In this document: positions 25,073 through 37,999 of the stretch, in pieces
Numbering within the stretch: position 1 is the first letter of the stretch
Layout: each line of letters starts with the position of its first letter
Origin: Camelus dromedarius
Lineage: Eukaryota
NCBI RefSeq assembly: GCF_036321535.1
Contig: NC_087438.1
Location: forward strand, 13,518,001-13,582,000
Direction of reading: 5' to 3'
Length of the DNA: 64,000 nt
Position numbers and translations under genes: made by a program
The notes under the pieces: generated by a model
Seen by the model: the letters and a program-made list of their open reading frames with translations, nothing else
Told to the model about the DNA's origin: nothing
The model's database searches: none

Positions 25073-25967
25073 TTTGTTTTTTGGTAACCCATACTCGAGA
25101 TGGAATTCAAGTACCATAGGATTCACCCACTGAGGATGTAAATTCAGTGGTTTTTCATACATTCATAAAATTGTGTAATCATGACCAGAATCAATTTCAA
25201 AACACTCATCACCACCTTCTCTTCAAAATACTCTTTGCCCATTTTTAGTCACTTTTCAGTTTCCTCCAACCTCACTGCCACCGGCCAACCACTAATCTAT
25301 TCTGTCTCTATAGATTTGTCTAATATGAGCCTTCCAGGTAAATGAAATTATACATACATTGTCTTTTGTGACTAGTTCCTTTAGTACCCTGTTTTCAGGG
25401 TTCATCCACATGGTAGTACATGTTATGCCTTCTTTCTTTTTATTGCCAAATAATATTTCACTGAATGGATATACACCACTTTATCCATTCATCTGCTGAT
25501 GGGCATTTGGGTTATTTCTAATTTTTAGCTATTTTGAGCAATACTGCTCTGAACATTTGTATACAAGTTTTTGTTTGGACATATATTTTTATTTCTCTTG
25601 GGTCATATGGTAACTATGTTCAGCCTTTGAGAAACTGCTGGAATTTGTCAAAATGGCTCCATTATTTTATATTTCCATCAGCACTTTATAAAGGTTCCAA
25701 TTTCTCCATATTCTTACCTATATCTATTTGGAAAAAATATCTGTTCAAATACATTGTCTATTATTAAATAGGATTAACTCTTTATTATTGAATTGTTTTT
25801 TATTTATATTTTGGATACAAGGCTGTTACCACGTGATTTGCATAAATTTTCTTCATATTCTGTAGGTTGTCTCCACTTTGTTAATGGTATTTTTTGAGGC
25901 ACAGAAGTTCAAATTTTGGTTAAATTCAATTGATTATTTTTTTCTGTTTGTTGTTTGTGCTGTTGGT
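25073..25967 (-). mobile_element. 5'-truncated L1 (L1MB-like) with TSD
   Basis: L1 3' motifs ('ggccaaccactaatctattctgtctctatagatttg', 'tgatgggcatttgggtt'). Flanking direct repeat gctcatagtga-tctt (25058-25072) and gctcatagtgactctt (25968-25983). Confidence 0.9.
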
Positions 25968-27349
25968 GCTCATAGTGACTCTTGATGAAGACTGATGAGT
26001 TTCATTCTGCCCCTTTTAGTCTCAATGTTAACCTCTAATTAAAAGCAATCCTGAAGCAATTGAAATAAATAAAAGGTTAAGTTCAGTGCCCAGTGGTTGT
26101 TCATCATCTATTTTTAAAACATTTTATTTCAAGTGTATAATCATGGGCATCTAAGAATCTAAACATGCACAACTTTTTTGGGAGCATAAATTTTACCTGA
26201 AATCTAAATGCAAATTTAAAATAGGTGAATGATGCAAGCTATCTGTGTATAACTTCTGGGCTTGTTATACCAGAAATAAGTGATTATTTTGTCCTTCCAG
26301 CATCATACCCACCATGACAGCTTCACCTCTCACATGCCACTGCTAGGTCATCTGATGATAGCTCTGATTTCTCCCCACATTTATAGATTTTACTTTTTAG
26401 TATATTCAAGTTTCTTATATTTTTTTTTAAGGGACACCCCAGGTACTGCATTCCTAACCTTGTTTTATAAGAAAGATAAAGACAATGACCACGATTTTCT
26501 AGTAGGACTGATTTTGCTATGAACTGCTCAATCTGCATCATCAAATATGGGTTACTGCAAGGTGAAAAAATGAGCAGTCCGCTGCCCCCAGACCCTACGG
26601 CCATCATCAACAGATATTTGGGGGCATGTGCACCAAACTGTGCGAGGCTGAACTTTTCCTGCACTTTTTTTAGTGGCTACTTTTCCCACAGACATTGTAT
26701 GCCTTCTGTTGTATGACCTGGTAACACCTGCTCTCGTGCTGAACTCTAGCACCTGTTGAATAACTATTCTTTGGCCTACTACCATCACATTCTTCACCAA
26801 TTGAAGCAATAACACGTTTTATAAAATTTTATATTATATATTTACATGTAAGATATTTATATTTATAATTCAAAGTTGCTGTCTCCTCACCCCAAAAAAG
26901 ATTGTGACAGTGCTGATGGGCACTGCTGAGAGGCATCCCAGAAGCTGCAGAGAACAACAATAAACGGCAGGTAGGGGTTATCAGAGAAGGTGTGGTCTTA
27001 CCTGCCCTGTGCTATTTATGACATGACCACATAACTACATTTTAACAAAGCAGCTCTATATCGTATATTTTCTGTTCTTATGTCTCCAGCTAGCTCCCAA
27101 CTCCATTTACTACCTTTTATAATAAAACATTTCCTACTTCCTGCTACAACAGATATCTTGGATAAATGTTTCACTTTATGTGGAGGTTTCTGAGGGAAGC
27201 ATTTATTTCCACGGTGCTTGAATCTCAGTTTTTGCATAAATCTGGGAGTGAAAATGAAACTTGCATGAATTAGAGCTTAGAAGCACACGTGTGCATGTGT
27301 GGGTCTTTGGCCTGTGAGAGGTGTGGGGTCTCACTCCAGGGTACAGGTG

Positions 27350-27700
27350 AGCTGGGAAAAATGATTATCTTATGTAAAACAAGAAGTTAGATTTCTGCTT
27401 CACATTCTATATGGAAATCAGTGCCATTTAGATTGTGACTTAAATCTTAAAAAATCAACTTTCAAAATTTTAGTAGAAAAGAAATGCAGATTTTTTAGAT
27501 TTTGATGAAGAGAAGGATTATTAAGTATAAAATAAATGACTAATTAAATTTAACTATATTCAAATTTGAAACTTTGTTCATCAAGTCACAACTTTAAGTA
27601 AATGGAAGGAAAGTTACAATATGGGAGGATATATTCATGATACAGAAACCAACAAGGAATTAGCAGGTATGATACATAAAGAACTACAGATGAATAAAAC
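27350..27700 (+). mobile_element. Old L1 (L1ME-like) ORF2 3' fragment
   Basis: 'aagttagatttctgcttcacattctatatggaaatca...gattgtgacttaaat...tttaactatattcaaatttgaaactttgttcatcaa'. Confidence 0.65.
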
Positions 27701-27764
27701 CTACAGACTGTCTTGTGAATTAGAAGATTTTCCATTCTGATCATTCCATTCTGTACCTTGGAGG

Positions 27765-27948
27765 TAGGGTTGCCAGATTTAGAAAATAAAAATATTCAGT
27801 TAAATTTGAACTTCAGATAAATGGTTAATATGTTTTTTGGCATAACTATCTCAAAATATTATATGGGGCATACTTACTCATAAAAAAGTCATTGATTATC
27901 TGAAATTTGAATTTAACTGGGTGTCCTATGCTTTAACTGGAAATTTTA
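27765..27948. mobile_element. MER53 palindromic hAT MITE
   Basis: Starts TAGGGTTGCCAGAT. Arms 'cagttaaatttgaacttcagataa' and 'ttatctgaaatttgaatttaactg' form an inverted repeat. Confidence 0.9.
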
Positions 27949-28904
27949 CTTTTCAAATTTGTATTGAGAATAACATAGCCTACTCAAAGGGGAGTCTCCT
28001 CTCAAGGCTTAAGCAAACTGAGACTTTACACAATTTACTTTACTTTATTGTTAGTATATAGCTATATAAATATAGATATTATAACATAAAAAGCATGTTA
28101 TTCATTATAATATATTACCATGAGTAGCTATGTGAATGGCCTTGAGGTTAATAAGTTTTACAGAAGTTTTAATATTCCCATTTTTTAAAACAAAATAATT
28201 ATATTATTATAAGAGCTCACCTGTTTCTGAAGTGTGATTTCATGAAGCTCCACTGTTGCTGATTTAAATTAAATCTGAAAATGAATAGTGTACACCATGT
28301 ATGATTACCAACTTGCAGTGAATAACGGTTTCATTTCGTATCTCTTGGCTCCCCATTTAAGCCCTGTGCTTCCCAATTACCAGCTGCAACTATATTAATG
28401 CTCGTGAGGTAGCCCTTTATCATTCAAATAGTGACACGCTAAAAAGGATTGTAGATTAGATCCTTGTCATATAAAATACCAAATCCAAAGAAGTAACATA
28501 AAATAAGAGAGCTGCATTATTCCTGGTGCTAAGTTGGACTGCTCTGCATCTTAATAAAATGGGAAAGAATGACAAGTGACCTGTAGGAGAATTGAACTCA
28601 TTGCACAGAGTTTGCAAATGAAGCAGAAGAATGTGAGAATGTACCTCATCAGCAAGTTAGGGACCACTTTGCTATTATCACCACGCTTCATATTTCAGTT
28701 GGAATTTTTAAACCATAAGTAGAATTAAATTCAACTGACTAGAAGTAAAATATCCAAATGTACATTCTCCAAGAACATATTCAATTTCAGTGTTTTATTT
28801 GTATTCAGGCAGATTGAAATTGAAATAATGTGAGGCAAAGAATTCATTTATTTCAGTTTCAGTGGCTTAGCCATTTATCCTGAAAGTCACCTGCAGTGCC
28901 CCTC

Positions 28905-29980
28905 CTTTTCTTTTTATTGAATTATAGTTGATTTACAATGTTGTGTTAATTCCTGATGTACATCCTAGTGATTCATCTATGCATATATATACATATATAT
29001 ATACATTCTTTCTGATACTCTTTTTCATTATAGTTTATTACAAGATATTGAATATATTTCCCTCTGCTATGCAGAAGGACCTTGTTGTTTGCATATTTTA
29101 TATATAATAGTGTGTATCTGCAATTCCTCAACCCCCAATTTATCCCTCCCCACCCCCTTTCCTCCCTGGTAGCCATTTTGTTTTCCATGTCTGTGAATCT
29201 GTTTCTGTTTTGTAAATAAGTTCATTTGTGTCATTTTTTTAGATTCCACATATAAGTGATATCTTATGATATTTTTCTTTCTCCTTCTGGCTTACTTCAG
29301 TTAGAATGACAATCTCCAGGTCCATCCATGTTGCTGAAAATGGCATTATTTATCCATTTTTATAACTGAGTAGTATTCCATTCTGGTATATATAAAATGG
29401 AATATATATATATATATATATATACACACACCCACCACAACTTCTTTATCCAGTCATCTGTCCATGGACATTTATGTTGTTTCCATATCTTAGCTATTGT
29501 ATATAATGCTGCTATGGGCATTGGGGTGCACTTATCTTTTCAAACTAGAGCTTCCTCTGGATATATGTCCAGGAGTGGGATTGCTGGATTATAGGGTAAG
29601 GCTATTTTCAGGTTTGTAAGGAATCTCCATGCTGTTTTCCTTAATGGCTGCACCAGACCACATTCCCCCCAACAGTATAGGAGGGGTCCCTTTCTCCACA
29701 CCCTCTCTAGCATTTATTGTTTGTGAACATTTTAATGATGGTCATTCTAACTGGTGTAAGGTGATACCTCATTGTACTTTTTTTAAATTTAATTTTATTG
29801 AGTTATAGTCAGTTTACAATGTTGTGTCAATTTCCAGTGTAGAGCACAATTTTTCAGTTATACATGAACATACATATATTCATTGTACTTTTGATTTGCA
29901 TTTCTTTGATAATTAGTGATATTGAGCATTTTTTCATGTGCCTATTGGCCATTTGCATGTCTCCATTGGATAAATGTTTG
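28905..29980 (-). mobile_element. Artiodactyl-type L1 3' end (3' UTR plus end of ORF2)
   Basis: 'ttgaattatagttgatttacaatgttgtgtta', 'ttagattccacatataagtgatatc', 'aggagtgggattgctggatt', 'gattt gcatttctttgataattagtgatattgagcattttttcatgtgcctattggccattt'. Confidence 0.93.
29782..29879 (-). mobile_element. About 100-bp L1 3' tip nested in the older L1
   Basis: 13-bp TSD tcattgtactttt at 29769-29781 and 29880-29892. The insert is an L1 terminal sequence, 'ttattgagttatagtcagtttacaatgttgtgtcaatttccagtgtagagcac'. Confidence 0.9.
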
Positions 29981-31183
29981 TTATTCTTTTTTCCTACAGA
30001 TTCTTCACAAGTCTCCTCTGTTGCACAGGAAGAAATGTACTGAACTACTCCAGCTGGCTTCCAGGAGGCTGTTTTAGTTTTGGCCAAAGGAGTGGGATAC
30101 AGAAGTCCAAATAAGGAGGGCTGTATGTGTAAGAGAACACCTCTACTTATGTTTTTCTTTTCATCCATGTTAAAAACAAACTCAGGAACCTTAAAGTGTC
30201 TAAATTAAATGTAAAATGAATCTGAATCATATCCATGAATAAGGAGACTATTTTGAGTTAGGGAAGAAATAATGATTTTATTAATTTAAAACACATTTTT
30301 TTCAATGTTTAAAGTGTTGTATAAGAGGCAAGAAAATAGAAAAGATAGTAAACTGAAATATGGAACAATTTTTTCAATTTACACACAGTCCACCTGAGAC
30401 AATTAAATAATGGTCATCACTAATTTTTAAGATGTCTAAATTATTAACCTTTCCTCTCCTGACATTGAGGATGAAGTCGTAATTAAGAGGTTATTAAAGG
30501 ATAGCAGACAGATGAAATCATAATTGTCTCATAAGCTCATGTTTCATAATGTTCTACTTATTTTGTATCTTTATTTAGATTACAAAATGTTAGTAGTTAA
30601 GTGGGTATATCTGTACACCTATCATTTACCCATTGTTGACATAAATCATCTTCTCATTTTATGTATTTATACACATGCATATATAATAAAAATACGTATA
30701 AAATTATAACCCTTTTGTTAGCTTTCCCTGCTTCACTCCATTACTTTGTTCTCCAGGGACAAGCATCAGGATTCTGTTTTTAAATGTGCATTTATATATG
30801 TATATTTATGAAACATATAGTAATTATACATGAATGCTTCAATATCCATTAGTGTTATTATCCACATATTTATGTTTTCTGTAGCATTTCTCCTTATATG
30901 CTTGAGTCATACCCCTGCTAATATAGATATAAATAGATACATATATACATATATATCTATATATAAAGATGTAGGTATATGTGGAAAGATACAGAGGTAG
31001 ACATATATGTAAATGTATAGAAATATTTTCTTTAATTGGGGTCCAATATTATAAAATGTATTTGTGATAAGATTTCAGTATATTCATTACCCTCTTTATT
31101 TATAGTTGCATTAACTTTAATAATTTATATGTCAGACAAGCATCTCCTGCTACACACATACTAGTGTATCCCCTGAGTCATTG

Positions 31184-31290
31184 AGAGGCACCATGATTCA
31201 ATGATTAAGGACATGGTCTTCTGATCCCAGCCAGAATTATTCAAGTCCTAGCTCATAAACATAGATGCACAATCCTGAGCAGATAAAGAA
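31184..31290 (+). mobile_element. MIR 5' fragment
   Basis: 'gaggcaccatgattcaatgattaaggacatgg...ttcaagtcctagctc...atcctgagcaga'. Confidence 0.55.
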
Positions 31291-31379
31291 GTTAACAAAT
31301 CCTACTGTTAGATCTTTCAGGAATGCAACTTTCTTCACCAGTAGGACATCCTCCAGTGAATTTTAATATGAGATAAAAT

Positions 31380-32150
31380 ATAATTTTCATAAATACAAAA
31401 AATAAATGATATTCAAAGTCTTTTATGATAATAATCCTTAACAAGCTTGGAATAGGATCAAATGAATCTTTAACTTGATAAATTATACTCATCAGAACCT
31501 ACGTCAAACATAAATTGTAAAGGTAGAACGTTAAATGCATAGTCTTTAAATCAGGGAATGTGTCATGGCAGTCTGCTATTATCCATACAGCAATCTAATG
31601 GAAATATATGCCAGTGAGAAAATTAGAACCTAAATAAATAGAAGAATAACTGTTGGAAAGGAAGAAACTGAACTTTCTTTATTTGAAAATCATTCGATTG
31701 ATTGTCTAAATGCAAACCTAGTAAGAGGGAGATCTTAAAGTTAACAAATATATATTTAAAGATTAACAAAAATTATATTCATCAGAGGTAGATAAGATAA
31801 ATACACAAGAGTCCATTGCATTTTTATAAATCACCAACAGAAAACACACATGCCTAGGAGTAAATTTTTCAGTCTTTTTTGTCACAAAATTGTAAAACTT
31901 TAGTAAACAACATGAAAGAAGACAAAAGATTAGAGAGACATTCTGTGTTCTTGGGTAGAAAAACTCAAGTCATTTTTATTAATGCTAACGACATGAAATT
32001 TCCATCTGACAATGATAGAGGAAAAGATATTCTACCGTTGCTCAAAATCTGTTGTCATACATCTTACCCTCAGCAGTCAGGAAAGCAAAATGATGAAGGT
32101 TTTCCAAAGTGTATGAGGTCACAGAAGAACAAAAGTGAAGAATAGATAGA
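31380..32150 (+). mobile_element. Old L1 ORF2 fragment (L1ME-like)
   Basis: 'taaatcagggaatgtgtcatggcagtctgctatt', 'ttggaaaggaagaaactgaactttctttatttg', 'gataagataaatacacaagagtccattgcatttttata'. Confidence 0.7.
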
Positions 32151-33739
32151 ATCTGCATTGATCAAAAATGTGTATGCTGACTTTCCATCTAAGAGCACAG
32201 TCAGAGTCCATCAAATATAAAGATATTAGTTTTATCTCATTTTTCATATACTTAATAAAATTATAGATACAATTATAGATACAAATATCATCAGTTTATA
32301 GTAAGAAAAAATTTTATAGCAAGCAGGTTCATAGGTTTTTAGTTGTAAAACCATCAAATATTTAAAAATTAATGTAATGATATCGTAATGTGAAAGTGCA
32401 CGACAAATTCAATTACCTTTATGTTCACTTTTATCCAAACTGTACCATCATCATAACGTATTTCTAAACACTGATTTTTTTTTTTTTTAAGTTATGATTG
32501 CAACTTAAACATGACAACTTTAACATGGCTGAGTCACCCTGGTTTGGTTATTTTAGGTTATTCAAGTTCTTACTCAGTCTTTACTTTTTGGTATCAGATT
32601 AGTAGTGAATCCCACACATCACAGTAATTAATGAATGCATCCTAGTTCATTGACTAACAGGATGACGTTCGATTGAGCACTGGGCACATTAAAGTGGTGT
32701 TGAAATTCATTATTTTATTTCACTTTCTGGTCTGACCAAATACACTGTTTTGTTCTTTTGTTGTTGTCGTACTTTTACAGGTTGACCTCTAAATCAAGTC
32801 TGCCAACACATTTACTTATTTTTGTTGATATCCAAGAATATGTTTTGTGACACTGCCTCAAGCTTACTCTCCCTCCTGATATTATTACCCCAGATTCATT
32901 ATAAAATGGCATTTAAAACAGACAAAAGTTAGAAATGTGTGACAAAGTTACCATATATTGTAAATTTCAGGTTTAGAGTAATTGCCTGAAATGTAAGAAG
33001 GCTTCTTAAAAACCTGTTTTATATTCACATACTGGGTGGTGCTGCATAAACAGGTGGAATTATGATGACCATTCAGATCATTCAGGAATTTGAAGATTGT
33101 CAAAAGGAGACCCAGTAAATTAATCCAACACCAGTCAGACCAATATATCAAAAAGCTGATAATAGATGCAGAGGCAATCCAAGGGGCAGATATTAGATAT
33201 TGATCACCAACATTATGGGAGCAATAAGATAATAAAGTAACCGTTGCACAATGGCTTTTGGAATTTTACGATACACAGCATGAAAGGGATGGAAATACTG
33301 GCCATGTGCAAATAATGCATTGTCATTGCTTACATTTCCTCTAACAACCACATCATCATGGGAAGAGTTTGCACAGCTGGCCATCAGACAGATAGTGAAG
33401 CAGAGTACATCTATTCTTGGCTTTATTTGCATGTCTTATGTTTGTTAAGAAAAAAAAAACAAAACAAAGCAAGACAATATTTCTGCCATCTCTGGCTATT
33501 TCTTCCTTTTAGTTTTCAGTCTTTTGGCTCTCTTTGACAACTTCATAGAGAGCTGGTCCTGATCTGTAACTTTTCTATAGAATCTTCAGTTTGGAAGGGA
33601 TCTGGAAAGGTTATTTGATCCAGTCTCCTACATATTGGTGTCTATCCATCTTTGTCAAGTGTTTAGACATTATGGATTAGCTCTTGGAAAGGAAGGATGT
33701 TAAAAAACAAACAAACAAACAAACAAAGCCATTAGCAAA

Positions 33740-33900
33740 TGCTTGGGTTTTCTATTAGTCCAACCTAGGCTCTGTGTATGCGCTTTATCAATCTGAGCCT
33801 TTGAATACTAGGCAAATGGTAATTTCTAGCTTTAATTTCTTCACCTGTAAAGTGGGGCATTAGTTACCCTTTGTAGTTAGTATAGGGGCTTAAATGGGGG
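33740..33900 (+). mobile_element. MIR core fragment
   Basis: 'ctaggcaaatggtaattt...ctttaatttcttcacctgtaaagtgggg'. Confidence 0.55.
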
Positions 33901-34819
33901 GAAAAGAGGCAATTCTTTCTTTATTACTCTTAGGGTTTTTATGGTATGGTAAAAATCTCATCCTATTAGCTTTTATTATTCATTTTATTTTTCTCCTTCA
34001 AGGAATTATAAATGGAAAAATACACAAATAAATTCCTCTTCAGTTCATTGAAGAGATCTGCCAGGTGTTGCTTCAGTTAAACTCCACCCAATTACTTAAG
34101 CTGAATTTTCCATACTATGGGATAATTAACTGCTTATAAGATTATTTTGGATGGTTTATAGACATGGAATGAAATATAACTTTGGTTAATTACAAGGATA
34201 ATTTTTGTTTATGACCTAATACTGGTTTACCAATGATTTAGAATAATGTTTTCATTTCAAATTAATTTAATATACTTCACATGTATAGGTATGGAACCAA
34301 TCATCAATATGGTACCCTTGTGACAAGCTTTGGAAGCATTGCTTATTCAATGTTATCTGCCCACTCTCCTACACTATCTCTTACCAGAAAACAATTTTTT
34401 CATTGTAATCAATAGCATGCAGATGCAAAAACATCTATATAATAATCTACCAAGATGTAAAAGATTTTAAAACTATAGAGAATCACACTTAGGATCTTTT
34501 TCCTTCCCGAAGAGGATCTGTTTTCTTCCTGAAGCAGAAGAAAAATAGACCCAAAATGTTACCAGGAATCCATGGTTTTAGCAGCTAGAAGGAGAAAGAA
34601 AAAGAAAACCTTCCAGAAATGTGAAAAAAAAAATTGCAACACAGTGTCAGCCAAGGGAAGAAAAATTCAAGTCGGAGGACATGGCCCTTTTTAACTCATC
34701 TTTTTTTCTTGACTTAACCTCTGCAGGAAAGTGGTCTTTCTGTTCTTTTTCCATCAAATGTTGTAATTCTCTTTCTGAATTGGAAATCTGACAGTAGTCT
34801 TCCCAGCAGTAGAGCAAAG

Positions 34820-35900
34820 TCCTAAGAATTGTTATTTTTATATGCACGTGTATATTCAATAGAGGATAACACATAGTTGTCATGACTGATCTGATTCAAT
34901 ATATTATTTTTGGACATGGCATTTCACTCTGCCACTAGACCTTAAAAGGAAGAGCTCTGGGTATCAGCAGAATATTCTGTCTTAACTTCAGGCTTTGCAT
35001 CTTGTTTCTTCAAAGCCCACTTCCAGCTTCAAATATATATATTCTCATCTGAATACATGTAACCTTAGCATTTAATAGATGTTTTTTTTCTTTAAACTTC
35101 TTAGTTGTTGTACTATTTTCTCCTGTATTTGTGTTGTAGAGGAAATTCTGATATGTGACTACTTTTTCCTCACTTGCATGTGATATGTTTTAGATCTTTT
35201 GGCTAACTGGATATCTAATTTTTTAAATTACCTTTGAATTTCCGTATTTTATCATTATATGTCAGGGAAGAAGAGTGTTTCTAGCCAAACATTCCTGAAA
35301 GTAGCATAGTCTTGTTTTAGTATATTTAAAGTTTTTCTTTTCTTGTTAATGGACATTACTTACGGTTGTTATCCCTCATCTTTTATTCACAATTTTATTT
35401 TCATTTTTGAAAACGTTTTATCAAAGTATAGTTGATCTACAATGCTGTGATAGTTTCTGCACAATTATTTTATGTATATATTTGTACATATGTACATAAA
35501 TGTATATACTTATACATGATCATATTTTCTTTTTATCAGAATCTTTTCTATTTATATCAAGCTTTAGCTCTGTGTCTGAAATTCATTCTTCTATTGTATT
35601 TCTTCTGTCCTTTAAGGTTCTTAATTTTTAAGGATATCTGGAATTAATGTTCTTGATCACTAAACTTGTTTCCTGAGGCTTGTCTACGATTTATGTCATT
35701 CTATTTATTATCTTTCATTTATTGTCTCATTTAACACTTTTTCTTAAGAATACATTTCCCTGGCATCCTGACTTGATATTCACTTTTTTTTTTTTTTAAG
35801 CTTCATGTGATTTGGTGGTGGAAGGTGAGGAATTTCACTGAGGCTATAACTCATCTTCATTACAAACTCAAGACTCTGACCTCACTTCCGATTTTGTTTT
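34820..35900 (-). mobile_element. Highly decayed L1/HAL1 fragments
   Basis: T-rich strand bias with decayed L1-like segments. Family not resolved. Confidence 0.35.
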
Positions 35901-37223
35901 ATTTTGGGATTTTTTTGTTGTGTTTTTTTTTTTGTATGTCTGTGTGTATGTTTTTACCCCAACTTTGTAAAAAATTCCTATGGAGATATGACTTGGCTTT
36001 GAATATGTCTTAAATTTTTCCTGTATCCCTGGAAACACAAATTTCATGAAAAAGCCTGCTATTTTTTCTTTTTAAAATTTTTTTAATTTAATATATTTTT
36101 TTGTTTTTTTCCTTCATTTCATTAAGTAATAGGAGGCAGTATGTTCTTTTCAGCTTTATCCAAAATTATGCTTTCTTGTTTCAAAATGAGTTTTCAGAGC
36201 AAATTTTATAGTGATACAGCTTAACTGTTTCTGAAAAGTCTTTTGGTGGATAATAAAATATTTTAAAATTTTGAATCAATCCCAACCTTAAGAAAATAAA
36301 TATGCTAGACTCTAATAGAAAAGCTGCATTTGTTTTTTAGATGAAGCTATTTACTCTAGGTATGCATTATTTTCTTAAGGTGTTTCATGTGTTTTCATCC
36401 TTGTGAAAGGTTGTCAGAAATATAGTTTCTTCTACCCCAATTGACAAGCTTACACTTGCTGTTATATTTGGCCATCAAGTTAAATTCAGCGTGTTACTTA
36501 TTCTGTCAGACATCAGCTTGTCAATCCATATTTTGTGAAATAAATTAATGTTAAGAATTGTTACAAGCTTAATTTAAATGAATTTATTTTAAAAATCCAT
36601 TTTAAAATGTCTCCCGATGTTATTCTTACTAAATATAATTTTTCAGGTTTCCTTTTTGTCTATAATTAGAAGAAAAAATGAAATCAAATAAGGATGTTTC
36701 CAGTACATGCACAATGATATATGCATATTGCTTTTGTTTCTATTCATATATGGCAGAAACTCATCTACCAGAGAGAATCGTATAAATATATTCTTTAAGT
36801 GTAATCATGACATTCTGCTTTGATTCACCAGTGGCTATTATTTGACCACAATTTGACTTCATTATTGAATAAATTACAATGTATAAATAAATTACAAGAC
36901 CACAGTTATGTTTGATTATTTTCAGTTGTCTGTTTCCAGATATTAACATTTTATGCCATCAATAATTATAAATCAGAAATATCTCGTTAAGTTAGGTTTG
37001 GTGTCATTCCTTTTCCTCAGATTTCTCCAATCATCTCATTCATATCAACCAATATATAGACGCTTAGCATGTTATCTTGGGAAGGAGGAACAATTATTGT
37101 CCTTTTGGAAATTTAGTTTTACTTGTTAGCTTATTTAATCCATGAATAAAATAAACCTAAGCTAGCTTGGCTGTATAGTAACATAATTTATTTAATAGAC
37201 AATTAAATCAAAATCTCAAACCA

Positions 37224-37487
37224 CCAGGGAGGGAAGTGAGTGGGAAGGGATAAATTGGAAGTTCAATATGTGCAGATACTAACTGCTAAATATAAATAGA
37301 TAAACAACAAGTTTCTACTGTATAGCACAGGGAATTATATTCAATGTCTTGTAGTAACCTATTATGAAAAAGAATATGAAAAGGAATATATGTATACATA
37401 TGTATGACTGAAACATTATACTGTGCACCAGAAATTGATATTATAAACTGACTATATTTCAATAAAAAAGGAAAAAATGTTAAAAAA
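37224..37487 (+). mobile_element. 5'-truncated young L1 3' end with TSD
   Basis: 'ctactgtatagcacagggaattatattcaat', 'ataaactgactatatttcaataaaaaa' and an A-rich tail. TSD core ctcaaacca at 37215-37223 and 37488-37496. Confidence 0.92.
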
Positions 37488-37999
37488 CTCAAACCATTAT
37501 ATGAAGAAAAGGATATTTTAAAGATATGAATCCATAGTGAAAGATGATTTTGCTGAATACCTATATATGGTAATCATCATAGAACTTGAATATTTTGACA
37601 GAAACTAACATTTCTGGTGTGTAATGCTTCTATTTGAATGTGCTTATTGATGGTAAGTTTGAAATTTTTCCCATTTCTGAAAAGTAAGGTAATATTTTAT
37701 TAGTCTCTTTCACCCTTTATTGTGTTTGGGTTTTTTTGTGTAAAAGACACTAATGGAACAAGGGCTACTAATGAGCAGAAGTAGGTAGAGCCCATGGATT
37801 TTTTAAAGAATTCTGTAGATATGTTTTAAAGATACATAAATGTCAGAAAATGAAGAACTTTAGGAATGGGGGTCTGAGAACCCTTTGCAAAGATATTGAA
37901 CTAAGGTCTAAGATTATTCTAAGCACTGGTCCACTATCAATAGTCACTCCAATTAATTCCCCAAGAAAGATGCATAGAGATCAAAGCCCAGTAAAGTTA

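Noticed and set aside
26280..26815. Cluster of overlapping ORFs of 65-113 aa on both strands
   Set aside because: No recognisable domain, no convincing splice structure and no poly-A/TSD signature of a retrocopy.
28973..30168. ORFs at 28973-29249, 29397-29594 and 29854-30168
   Set aside because: These are translations of L1 3' UTR and ORF2 remnants.
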